Origin: Promethearchaeota archaeon
GTDB lineage: Archaea; Asgardarchaeota; Lokiarchaeia; Sigyniarchaeales; SOKP01
DNA: 64,000 bases
NCBI GenBank assembly: GCA_016840165.1
Contig: JAEOSU010000029.1
Coordinates: 12,966 to 76,965 of the forward strand
Direction of reading: 5' to 3'
A program made the position numbers and the translations under genes. Positions within the stretch are counted from its first letter, which is position 1. Every line of letters starts with the position of its first letter. The notes beneath the pieces were generated by a model. It did not search any database, was not told where the DNA came from, and saw only the letters and a list, made by a program, of their open reading frames with translations. Below are positions 8,981 to 18,591 of this stretch, piece after piece.

Positions 8981-10609
8981 ATGGTAAAAAAGAAGTTATT
9001 TGAAAATTTATTCAATAATTTTCTCAATCAAAATACCGAAGTTGAAGCATTAATTGTTTCAGATGAAGAGGGGCTTGTCATTGCAGGGGAAAAACGATTA
9101 GATATAGACATCGAAATAGTGTCATTTCTAACTGCTGTAATTAACCCCATTATTGAAAGAGTGAGAGAAGAATTTTCGTTTAAAAAATTTGGGACTGCAA
9201 GTATTGATACAGAAGAACATAGGTTGTTATTTATTTTAATTAATGAAGCAACTACATTAAGTTTAGTTATGAAAAGTATGGGTTCTATAGATGATATTGC
9301 CCCTTATGCTTATTTCCTCGCAGAAAAAACAGCTCAAATCCTTGATGCTGACGAAACTGAATTAGTAGAAATTGATATTCCCGATTTTAAATTTGCAGGA
9401 GGAATATTTGATTCAACTGAACGAATAAAAAATATTATATATCAATCTAAAGTAGAACAAGGGGGAGTCTACAGATTTAAATTTATTGTGCTCGGGGATC
9501 ATGAAGTTGGTAAAACATCAATTATTAGAAGATTTGTGGAAAATAGCTTTTTAGATAAATATCGAGCTACGATCGGATTAAATATATTATCTCATGATTT
9601 TGAAGCATTTGGAAATAAGATTAGTATCATGCTTTGGGACATCGGAGCTCAAAAATTTTTTAAGCGGTATCGTAAAACATATTATAATGGAGCCCAAGCA
9701 GCATTTATTGTATTTGATTTGACAAATAGAGAATCATTTAATAATGTAACGTACTGGCATAATGAACTGAAGGAATTTATAGAGTATATAGATTTACCCA
9801 TTATAATTGTGGGAAACAAAACAGATTTAGCCGAGCAACGAGTTGTAACCCAAGAAGAAGGCATTCAATTAGCAACAGACTTATCAAAATTATCAGGTCT
9901 CGTGGAAAGTACAACTTTATCTGATTATTCTGATCTTTCTAATCTTTCTGCTTCACAAACAAAAATTTCTTATATTGAAACAAGTGCAAAAACAGGTAAC
10001 CGCGTCCAAGATGCATTTAATCTGATCTCCTATAATTTTATTCTGGTATGTGAGGAGAAGGAACAACAACTGCTAAAAGAAAAAATCTTAGATGAGATTA
10101 ACTCAATTATAGATATTAATAAAAGTCTTACCCTTACTTTTTTAAATAGTTCCGAACTTTGGAATCCAACTTTACGAATTCTCTCTGAAATTGATGGTTT
10201 AGGAAAATTATCAGAAATTAAAGATAAAAAGAAACAAAAGCAATATGAATATAATAGTGGATTAGTTTTGAAAAGCTTTATCTTTGATTCTTATAAAGTT
10301 GTCGATTCTGATGGTGTAGTTTGTATTTTCGATGCTCGAGAGAGAAAGAGTATAGATGAGAATTGGATAAACATCCTTTCTGATATTATTAATAATTTAA
10401 AGAAAAATAAGGTATTATCAGTGGGGATAAGGGTGTCTGATGAGAAAATTTGGTCGAAATTAATTGAAAGCTTTAAATTAGACGAAGAAGCCGAAGAAAG
10501 ACTAGTTTCATTGTTATTTTTTCGGATTCAAAACGATTCTTTGTTAGATGTTTATGAATTACTCTCTGCTACATTGAACACAATAAAAAATCTTAGTTTT
10601 AGCTATTAA
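8981..10609 (+). CDS. Roadblock/LC7 + Rab-like GTPase + degenerate GTPase-like domain protein
   Basis: VEALIVSDEEGLVIA roadblock; GDHEVGKT, ATIG, WDIGAQ, GNKTD, ETSAK; ATG at 8981 preferred over TTG 8969. Confidence 0.9.
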   Translation: MVKKKLFENLFNNFLNQNTEVEALIVSDEEGLVIAGEKRLDIDIEIVSFLTAVINPIIERVREEFSFKKFGTASIDTEEHRLLFILINEATTLSLVMKSMGSIDDIAPYAYFLAEKTAQILDADETELVEIDIPDFKFAGGIFDSTERIKNIIYQSKVEQGGVYRFKFIVLGDHEVGKTSIIRRFVENSFLDKYRATIGLNILSHDFEAFGNKISIMLWDIGAQKFFKRYRKTYYNGAQAAFIVFDLTNRESFNNVTYWHNELKEFIEYIDLPIIIVGNKTDLAEQRVVTQEEGIQLATDLSKLSGLVESTTLSDYSDLSNLSASQTKISYIETSAKTGNRVQDAFNLISYNFILVCEEKEQQLLKEKILDEINSIIDINKSLTLTFLNSSELWNPTLRILSEIDGLGKLSEIKDKKKQKQYEYNSGLVLKSFIFDSYKVVDSDGVVCIFDARERKSIDENWINILSDIINNLKKNKVLSVGIRVSDEKIWSKLIESFKLDEEAEERLVSLLFFRIQNDSLLDVYELLSATLNTIKNLSFSY

Positions 10610-10631
10610 AAAATGAAAAATTAAGTTATTT

Positions 10632-11885
10632 TTAGAGAATTACTTTCTCAGGATATGCAATTTCAAGTAATTCCAAGGCCAATTTAGCCACCTCAATCGG
10701 GATCTTTTTAGAACTGTCTTCGCTATGTAAGGCGTTTGTTATATTATCTAATAGGTATTCAGGAAAGAAAATTATCGGTTTTATGTCCGTTAATAGAAGT
10801 AACCATTCTTTCCCTTTCTGATCCTTAATCTCAGTTATAATATTAAGTTGAATTAAATCATCCAGAATCAGATCAATATCGGCAAACTCAGAAAAGATAT
10901 TAGGAATTTTATCTCGTGGATAGAATTTTTGTCTAAGTACTGCAAAAAGATCATAAATATCTGGATTAAGTAAAATAGATGAAATCTTTTTTCTCTCCTC
11001 AATTGTTTGGTCTTTTGGGTTGTAGTTTGAGAAAAAGTCGACTACTTTTGATTCATATCTAGTTAGCAATTCATTTTTTGTCTGCTTCAAATGATCTAAT
11101 AGTTCATAATTAGGGATTCGAATTAATTCTATATCTTTTGTTAAAAATAGATATTCTCCTTGGTCTTGTATTAATCCTGTACGTTTATCCCTTTTTCCTT
11201 TAATCCAGTCACGACGTACAAGATTCAGTTCTAAAAACGGCTCAAGTAAAACATCCATATTAGGATTTTCTTTTATCTTTTCTAAATCTTCTCTTACATC
11301 CTTTTTAGGTTTAGGGCTCTCTCGTAAAATTTTTAAGATTTCTAAGCGTTGATAGTTATTAAATATTAATGCCGCTTTCTGAATCTTATCAAGATTGGTG
11401 AGCCTTTTGATCTGAAATATCGTATATTTTAATTCATTTTTAATATTATCATGAATCTTACTTATCAACGAGACTTGATTGGTTTTCTTAGAAGTCTCGA
11501 ATGTTTCAAATAGGTAATACATTTTTTTTGATAAATCTTTGATAATATCTTCATATTTACCTAAATCCTCATCAAGAGTGAAAATCAAAATAGTTAAATA
11601 TTGAGTCCCACTCTCTGCTTGCATAAAGTATGAACTCACTTGATATGATGTTTCTTTGAGTCGTCCTTGATAAAAGTTACTAAATCCTCCTACAATTTCA
11701 TGAATGCTAGTGGTGTGATGGTAGAGTATTGAGAATAAATCGCTTGTTGTGATTAACTCAGAGAAATTTTCCGCTGAAAAATCCCTATTTTCAAAAGCTA
11801 AAACGATAGGTTTAAAATCAGGTTTTACCTCTCCAGTAGGTTGCTGAATCAATAAAAATTCAAAGCTTAATATTGCTTCAATCAT
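10632..11885 (-). CDS. Hypothetical protein with longin/uDENN-like N-terminus and tandem wHTH-like C-terminus
   Basis: 417 aa; YQVSSYF...YLTILIF..DEDLGKYEDIIKDL resembles the 46463 protein; ILKILRESPKPK...FLELNLVRR and LFAVLRQK...LIQLNII look like winged helices. Confidence 0.45.
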   Translation of the reverse strand: MIEAILSFEFLLIQQPTGEVKPDFKPIVLAFENRDFSAENFSELITTSDLFSILYHHTTSIHEIVGGFSNFYQGRLKETSYQVSSYFMQAESGTQYLTILIFTLDEDLGKYEDIIKDLSKKMYYLFETFETSKKTNQVSLISKIHDNIKNELKYTIFQIKRLTNLDKIQKAALIFNNYQRLEILKILRESPKPKKDVREDLEKIKENPNMDVLLEPFLELNLVRRDWIKGKRDKRTGLIQDQGEYLFLTKDIELIRIPNYELLDHLKQTKNELLTRYESKVVDFFSNYNPKDQTIEERKKISSILLNPDIYDLFAVLRQKFYPRDKIPNIFSEFADIDLILDDLIQLNIITEIKDQKGKEWLLLLTDIKPIIFFPEYLLDNITNALHSEDSSKKIPIEVAKLALELLEIAYPEKVIL

Positions 11886-12127
11886 AATCTTTTCATTTTT
11901 TACTCATTTATTTGAAAAGAATAAAAAAGAATTCATATTTAACTCTTATTCAAATTAAATATTTGAATTATTAAACTCTAAAATTTTGAAGAATTAGAGT
12001 CCGAAAGCTTATTTCTCACATTATTATGAATATTTCATAACTTGAATGTTATAGTACAAGCAATTAAATTCTAGTTATATTTTGATATATTTAATTAAAA
12101 TTTTCACTACAACTTGAGGTATATCAA

Positions 12128-15100
12128 ATGAATCTTAAGAATAATAATAGAAAAAAAATGCAGAAAATCTTAATCCTCATGGTTCTATTTACCAGCCTTT
12201 TTTTAATTTCCTTTCCAAGAAACAATAACTTTGTTACTTATGAACCTAAGTTTAGCGAACAAATTATTATGAATGAAAAACCAGAAACTAATGATTTGTC
12301 TTCTGAAAATAGTTTCACAGGTATTGGTGCACCTTGGAATGTGACTCATTATGGAAACCGAACAAAATCTGATTTGACAGTAAGCTTTAATAACAATTCC
12401 TATGATGATACTCATGCCCAAGTAGAACTATATGGATGGGATGGGTACCAGTTAAATTCTTCAATATCAAACTTATACGATACACGAAACTGGGTTAACG
12501 GGACGTTTCACGCTGGTTCTTTTGGTGGTTCTCCTTCTGGCTCTGACGATAGTGATTATCTTGTTAATTGGACATTCGTTGATGGAGATATCGGACCAAA
12601 TAATAATCCAACAAGCGGTAATTATTTTGACACATCTTCGGGTAATTCTGACGGACAAGATTGCTTAGAGTTGAGGATTGATGCTGATTCTGGGGATTAT
12701 GATGTTGGGGACGAATGTTCATGGGAAACTTCCGTTGATCTTGATAGGGGGGACGTTGAAGAGGCAAGGTTAAGTTTTTCAACCCGAGCATATTATAGTG
12801 ATGGCTTTAATAATCATATGGTTTTACAAGTATTAGTTAATGATAAAGTTTTGTGGGGTAACGGTCTTGCATCAATTTTGGAAGCAAGCGGTAATCCTAG
12901 CTCACCACAATGGGGAGATTGGTACAAACCTCCAACTATTTTATTAGATGTGAATGATGAAGATATCTTTCCCACAGGAGTTAAAAACTTGAATGTGACT
13001 TTTCAATTTAAAAGAGTCAGTGGAACTGCATCCGGTTATGCGGATTACTATACTGTCCTTTTCGATAATGTTTCATTAATCATAAAAGCGAAGGCAAAGC
13101 CAACACAACTTGAATTACAATTAAATAATGAAGATATCAATGATGGTTCAAATTATGGTGAAGGAAATCTTGGTGTTGTAGGTAATTGGAACGGAAGCAT
13201 CCAATCATCTGTAGTTGCGAATTTCAGTAGCAATGCCAATTGGCCACTAACTTATGATGATAATGGAAATATATTAAGTTATAAAATTGAATTAGAAACC
13301 GATTTAAATTTATTCGCAACCAAATTAACCCCCGAATCATATTATACTGCTGATCCTAGTATAGAATTTCAAGGATCTTCATTTAGCTCATCTAATAATA
13401 GTAATACTAGTTGGACTACCTATGCCCATATGGAAGTACCCGCTGGATATGAAGAAACTAATATGACAGTTGAATTTCCATCTGATTATAGTTTAACGGG
13501 AGTATTTTTCTCGCTAAATCCGAATTCAATTTCTCAAACTTCAATAACTACCTATGGAAATAAAAAAGTAGTGAATATACCCGTGAGTTCAATCACGAGT
13601 AATACCAATGGGTTTTGGAGGTTAACAGCTTTATCCCCAAATTATTGTGAAGAATTAAACATATATAACAATAATACTGGTGATTGGGAGCTTGATACAC
13701 AATTTTTAAGTGGAGAATATATAAATATTACGGGGAAAATCAACAATTCTCTTGGTTATATTCAACAAACCAAAGCTCAGCTTCAAATAAGATTTCCAAA
13801 CGGTACAATTTGGATAGAGCAAAGTCAATGGCACTCTATTGAGACTACCGGATGGATTTATTTCGATCCTATAAGGATACCTAGTGATATCCCTTTTTAC
13901 GAAGTGGGAGAGTATGAAGCAATCATTACATGGAATAATACATATTCCTCCTTTGGTCTAAATGAGTCTGGAGTCATTTACAAGACGTTCACAGTTATCC
14001 ATGATTCACTCCTTTATCCCGACCAAGGTACTTTTTTCATAGATAATGTACTTGATGATAGAATCATTAATATAAAAGTCTCATTTAACGATTTAATAGA
14101 TAATACAGCAATAGATTACGCATTAGTTTATACAAATTTTACTGGAACAGTTGAAACATTAGATAGAATAAGTCCAGGTTTTTACCTATACGAATTTAAT
14201 GCTAGTAAAGCTAAACCGGGAAATAATACTGTAACAATTTATGCTAATCATTCATTTTATCTTAACAAGGCTATCGATATTACAGTTTATGTCATTGCGC
14301 AAACCATTCTTACAGCAGAGGAATATCCAAGTTTAGAAGTTACCTGGAATAATAATTTTATTGTCCATCTTAATTACACTTATGAATCAAATGGGACTGG
14401 CATTGAAAATGCGGATCTTACAATTGAGTGGAACGGAGAGCAATCACTGATGTCAGGTAATGGATTGTATAATCTTACGCTTAATAGTTCACTTTATGAG
14501 ATAAACAAGGTATATAATCTCATAATAACATTCAATAAAATTGGACATGAAGAGCAAACAATGATTATATCCATTGGAATAGTACCAAGAGAAACTGAAA
14601 TTGCGAGCATTTTTATCAACGGTATAGACTGCACAGCTAACAAATCTTATAATATACGATCTGGACAACTCTTAAACTTTAACATCACATATAATGATCT
14701 CGAAGCTTCAGGTTCCTTTATTAAGGGCGCCATAGTTACTCTAAATAAAACTACTGAAATTGGGGAAATTTTTGATGAAAATCCTACATATTATAACTTA
14801 ACCTTAGACTCGATATATTTAGGAGTTGGGACATCGTTTATTAACATAATAGCTACAAAGACAAATTATACTTCTACAATTGTACTTCTTACTATAAATG
14901 TTTTTGAAAGGAGTACAGATTATAAAATCTATTTGGATGAAGAGGACTATACAACCAATCCTGCAATAACAACATATCCCGATCAATTCATTAACCTTAC
15001 CGTTTCCTATATAGATACTATTACAAGCCTGTTTATAAGTGGGGCAACCGTCGATGTAAACGGTTCTGGCGTGTCAAAAGAGCTTATAGAGAGTTATAGT

Positions 15101-17743
15101 AATTATACGACCATATTAGACACAAGTGAATTAAACTTTGGTATTAATTTTCTGACGGTTTATGCTAGAAAAGACGGATACGAGCCCCAATCGATTACAC
15201 TTGCAGTTCAAATAATACAAATAGAGACCGAATTAACCTTATACCTAAATAATCAAAATAAAACCTCGAATCCTGCAATAACAACATATCCCAATCAATT
15301 TATTAATCTTACCGTTTCTTATAAAGAATCGGTTTCGATGCTGGTTATAAGTGGGGCAACCGTCGATGTAAACGGTTCTGGCGTTTCAGAAGAACTTATA
15401 GAGAGTTATGGTAACTATACTGCCTTGTTAGACACAAGTGAGTTAAACTTTGGAGCGAACTTTCTAACGGTTTATGCCAGAAAAGACGGATACGAGCCTC
15501 AAACGATCATTATCACAGTTCAAATAATTCAAATAGAGACCGAACTAACCTTATACCTAGATGATCAAGACAAAACCTCGAATCCTGCAATAACAACATA
15601 TCCCAATCAATTCATTAATCTTACCGTTTCCTATAAAGAATTAGCTTCAATGTTGCTTATAAGTGGAGCAACTGTTGATGTAAATGGTTCAGGCGTTTCA
15701 GAAGAACTCATAGAGAGTTATGGTAACTATACAGTCATGTTAGATACAAGTGAGTTAAACTTTGGAGCAAACTTTCTAACGGTTTATGCCAGAAAAGATG
15801 GATACGAGCCTCAATCGATCATTATCACAGTTCAAATAATTCAAATAGAGACCGAACTAACCTTATACCTAGATGATCAAGACAAAACGTTGAATCCAGC
15901 AATTACAACTTATACCAATCAATTCATTAATCTTACCGTTTCCTATAAAGAATGGATTTCGACGCTGGTTATAAGTGGAGCAACTGTCGATGTAAATGGT
16001 TCAGGAGTTTCAAAAGTTCTTATAGAGAGTTATGGTAACTATACAGTTATGTTAGATACAAGTGAATTAAACTTTGGAGCGAATTTTCTAACGGTCTATG
16101 CTAGAAAAGAGGGATACGAGCCTCAAACTATCTTAATCACAATTCAAATAATACAAATAGAGACCGAGTTAAGCTTATATCTAAACAATGAAGACAAAAC
16201 ATTGAATCCTTCGATAACTACATATACCAATCAACTAATTAATCTTACCGTTTCCTATAAAGAATTAGCTTCAATGTTGTTTATAAGTGGAGCAACTGTT
16301 GATGTAAATGGTTCAGGCGTCTCAAAAGTTCTTATAGAGAGTTATAGTAACTATACAGTCATGTTAAATACGACTAATTTTAGTCTTGGAGCGAATTTTC
16401 TAACAATTTATGCTAGAAAAGAGGGATACGAGCCTCAATCGATCATATTCACAATACAAATGATAGAAATAAACACCAATTATACTCTATATCTAAATAC
16501 TCAAGATAAAACGTTAGATAAATCAATTAAAGTTACTATTGGTGAATTTGTAAATATTACTCTCATCTATGAGGATCATTTAGGAACTTTCCTTGATAAT
16601 GCAACTGTAATCATCTTGGGAGAGGGAATTTCTCTAAATTTAACTAAGCATTCAATGTATGATCGGTATTATGTATTACTGGATTCAAACGATTTAAATT
16701 TTGGAATAAATCGGCTTACTCTCTACGCCCATCAAGATAACTATCAGCCACAGACGTTCATAGTGAATATAGAAATAATTGATAAGGATACAGATTTACA
16801 TATATATATGGAATATGGTGGTGAAACCTACAATAAGACCATTGATAGGACACTTTCAATTACAATTCGAAAGTTATTAAATATTACAGTGTTTTACTTT
16901 GACATAGAAACTGGAACTGCCATTGAAGATGCTACGGTTCAGTTAGTGGGTACAGGCCTTTCTTTAAATTTTTCAGAAAGCCTACTTAATCATCAATACT
17001 CGATTATTGTCAACACTAGTCAAATAGGTCTAGGTGTAAAATTTTTAACAATATACTGCTCACGTCCTAACTACCAATCCTATTCTGCACTTTTCAAAAT
17101 TGATGTGAAAACAATAATAATGAATGTTACCACAATGACAGGAAAAACTGTGTTTAACCTTGATCCAAGAGATGATTTTCGATTAAAAATTAGGCTCACG
17201 GATTTGGCCTTCAATATGAGTGTACTAAATGCACAACTCCAGTATACATGGGCATTTGGTCAAGGGTATCTTACGGATGAAGATGATGATGGTATATATG
17301 AAGCTTTATTAACAGAGCTCCCTATTGGAACATATATCGTTTCAATAACCGTATACGCTGGAGATGATTATGAATTTACTCATTTTCAGGTAACAATGAA
17401 TATAATACCACCTGCTGAAGACGTACTTCTATTCCAGATTCTAACGATTGTAGGAATTACTGCTGCCATTGGTGTTTCAGGCTATTTGATCGCATATCAA
17501 AAATTCTTGAAATATCCTAAACAAGTCCGTATGATACATAAGTACAAGAGTAAGTTGAAGAAGAAAAAACCATTAACCCTAGAAGTGTCAAACAGAGAGG
17601 AAATAATTCAAAAACACTATTCTGAGGAAATTAATGCTTTGGAAAAACAGATAAAGAGAAAATTAACTCCTAAATCAGATATTACAGATACTCCTGATGA
17701 AATAATAGAGAAAACAGAAAAAACTGAATTAAATTCTCTATAA
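12128..17743 (+). CDS. Giant single-pass cell-surface glycoprotein with Ig-like repeats
   Basis: 1871 aa; N-terminal signal/anchor, many N-x-S/T sequons, beta-rich repeats, C-terminal TM (ILTIVGITAAIGVSGYLIAY) and basic cytoplasmic tail; GAGGT SD. Confidence 0.85.
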   Translation: MNLKNNNRKKMQKILILMVLFTSLFLISFPRNNNFVTYEPKFSEQIIMNEKPETNDLSSENSFTGIGAPWNVTHYGNRTKSDLTVSFNNNSYDDTHAQVELYGWDGYQLNSSISNLYDTRNWVNGTFHAGSFGGSPSGSDDSDYLVNWTFVDGDIGPNNNPTSGNYFDTSSGNSDGQDCLELRIDADSGDYDVGDECSWETSVDLDRGDVEEARLSFSTRAYYSDGFNNHMVLQVLVNDKVLWGNGLASILEASGNPSSPQWGDWYKPPTILLDVNDEDIFPTGVKNLNVTFQFKRVSGTASGYADYYTVLFDNVSLIIKAKAKPTQLELQLNNEDINDGSNYGEGNLGVVGNWNGSIQSSVVANFSSNANWPLTYDDNGNILSYKIELETDLNLFATKLTPESYYTADPSIEFQGSSFSSSNNSNTSWTTYAHMEVPAGYEETNMTVEFPSDYSLTGVFFSLNPNSISQTSITTYGNKKVVNIPVSSITSNTNGFWRLTALSPNYCEELNIYNNNTGDWELDTQFLSGEYINITGKINNSLGYIQQTKAQLQIRFPNGTIWIEQSQWHSIETTGWIYFDPIRIPSDIPFYEVGEYEAIITWNNTYSSFGLNESGVIYKTFTVIHDSLLYPDQGTFFIDNVLDDRIINIKVSFNDLIDNTAIDYALVYTNFTGTVETLDRISPGFYLYEFNASKAKPGNNTVTIYANHSFYLNKAIDITVYVIAQTILTAEEYPSLEVTWNNNFIVHLNYTYESNGTGIENADLTIEWNGEQSLMSGNGLYNLTLNSSLYEINKVYNLIITFNKIGHEEQTMIISIGIVPRETEIASIFINGIDCTANKSYNIRSGQLLNFNITYNDLEASGSFIKGAIVTLNKTTEIGEIFDENPTYYNLTLDSIYLGVGTSFINIIATKTNYTSTIVLLTINVFERSTDYKIYLDEEDYTTNPAITTYPDQFINLTVSYIDTITSLFISGATVDVNGSGVSKELIESYSNYTTILDTSELNFGINFLTVYARKDGYEPQSITLAVQIIQIETELTLYLNNQNKTSNPAITTYPNQFINLTVSYKESVSMLVISGATVDVNGSGVSEELIESYGNYTALLDTSELNFGANFLTVYARKDGYEPQTIIITVQIIQIETELTLYLDDQDKTSNPAITTYPNQFINLTVSYKELASMLLISGATVDVNGSGVSEELIESYGNYTVMLDTSELNFGANFLTVYARKDGYEPQSIIITVQIIQIETELTLYLDDQDKTLNPAITTYTNQFINLTVSYKEWISTLVISGATVDVNGSGVSKVLIESYGNYTVMLDTSELNFGANFLTVYARKEGYEPQTILITIQIIQIETELSLYLNNEDKTLNPSITTYTNQLINLTVSYKELASMLFISGATVDVNGSGVSKVLIESYSNYTVMLNTTNFSLGANFLTIYARKEGYEPQSIIFTIQMIEINTNYTLYLNTQDKTLDKSIKVTIGEFVNITLIYEDHLGTFLDNATVIILGEGISLNLTKHSMYDRYYVLLDSNDLNFGINRLTLYAHQDNYQPQTFIVNIEIIDKDTDLHIYMEYGGETYNKTIDRTLSITIRKLLNITVFYFDIETGTAIEDATVQLVGTGLSLNFSESLLNHQYSIIVNTSQIGLGVKFLTIYCSRPNYQSYSALFKIDVKTIIMNVTTMTGKTVFNLDPRDDFRLKIRLTDLAFNMSVLNAQLQYTWAFGQGYLTDEDDDGIYEALLTELPIGTYIVSITVYAGDDYEFTHFQVTMNIIPPAEDVLLFQILTIVGITAAIGVSGYLIAYQKFLKYPKQVRMIHKYKSKLKKKKPLTLEVSNREEIIQKHYSEEINALEKQIKRKLTPKSDITDTPDEIIEKTEKTELNSL
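14915..16474 (+). repeat. Five tandem 312-bp (104-aa) intragenic repeats
   Basis: The AATCC of the NPAI/NPSI motif recurs at 14957, 15269, 15581, 15893 and 16205, an exact 312-bp period, with high nucleotide identity. Confidence 0.95.
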
Positions 17744-17846
17744 CTTTTAATTAGATTTTATTAAATCTTTTTTATTAACTTCTTTTTTATTTTTTCCTTT
17801 TTTATTTTTTATAAAACAAACTTTTTATTAACCAAGTTAAATCCAA

Positions 17847-18260
17847 ATGTATATGTCAGACTTAAAAACAAAACCGACAGATAAGAATGTAGTAGAATTT
17901 TTAAATAAAGTTGAGAATCCCAAAAAGCGAGAGGATTCATTTAAAATCTTAGATCTAATGCGTGAAGTGACGCAAGAAGAACCCATTATGTGGGGAGACA
18001 GTATTATAGGATTTGGTAATTATCACTACAAGTATAAGAGTGGGCGGGAAGGAGATTGGTTCTTGATTGGATTCTCCCCTCGCAAGCAGAGTCTCACATT
18101 ATATATTATGTCGGGTTTCGATAATTATGAAGAAAAACTCAAAAAACTTGGTAAATTTAAAACAGGGAAATCATGCCTTTATATAAACAAACTTGAAGAT
18201 GTGAATATCTCTATTCTAAAAGAATTAATTGCTGATTCAATTAATTATGTAAAACGTTAA
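17847..18260 (+). CDS. DUF1801 (YdhG-like) protein
   Basis: MWGDSIIGFGNYHYKYKSGREGDW...GFSPRK...LGKFKTGKSCLYINKL. Confidence 0.85.
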   Translation: MYMSDLKTKPTDKNVVEFLNKVENPKKREDSFKILDLMREVTQEEPIMWGDSIIGFGNYHYKYKSGREGDWFLIGFSPRKQSLTLYIMSGFDNYEEKLKKLGKFKTGKSCLYINKLEDVNISILKELIADSINYVKR

Positions 18261-18383
18261 TTATCTTTTTTTATTAATAATGAATATTCATTCATAAAGG
18301 TTAAATACTGAAAAAAATAAGGTAACATAGCTTTAAATAATGAATAATAATTCATAATGAACCTAAAATAAAAGGTAATTTTA

Positions 18384-18569
18384 ATGGTAAGCTATCAACT
18401 AATAATTAAAGATGACAAGTTCGATAAGGAAGATTCATATTTTGTAGACGCTAAAATACCCAAAATGTGTTGGGGATGTGAAAAGAAATATCAATCGGGT
18501 TATATGGTAAGAGATGTGACAAAATCACGTCGAATTTTTTTCTGTAAGGAATGTTATGAGAAGCTATAA
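18384..18569 (+). CDS. Small C4 zinc-finger protein
   Basis: 61 aa; CWGC...FCKECYEKL; AGGT upstream of ATG. Confidence 0.65.
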   Translation: MVSYQLIIKDDKFDKEDSYFVDAKIPKMCWGCEKKYQSGYMVRDVTKSRRIFFCKECYEKL

Positions 18570-18591
18570 TCTTTGAAAGTAGACTCGTCTC

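Noticed and set aside
11948-12000. AT-rich inverted repeats (ATTCAAAT..ATTTGAAT; ACTCTAA..TTAGAGT) in the divergent region before the giant surface gene
   Set aside because: Short, AT-rich arms in very AT-rich DNA, plausibly chance.
14915-16474. Repeat array as a CRISPR array or DGR template/variable repeat
   Set aside because: Units are 312 bp, in frame and coding, with no spacers; differences are not confined to adenines and no reverse transcriptase is present in the window.
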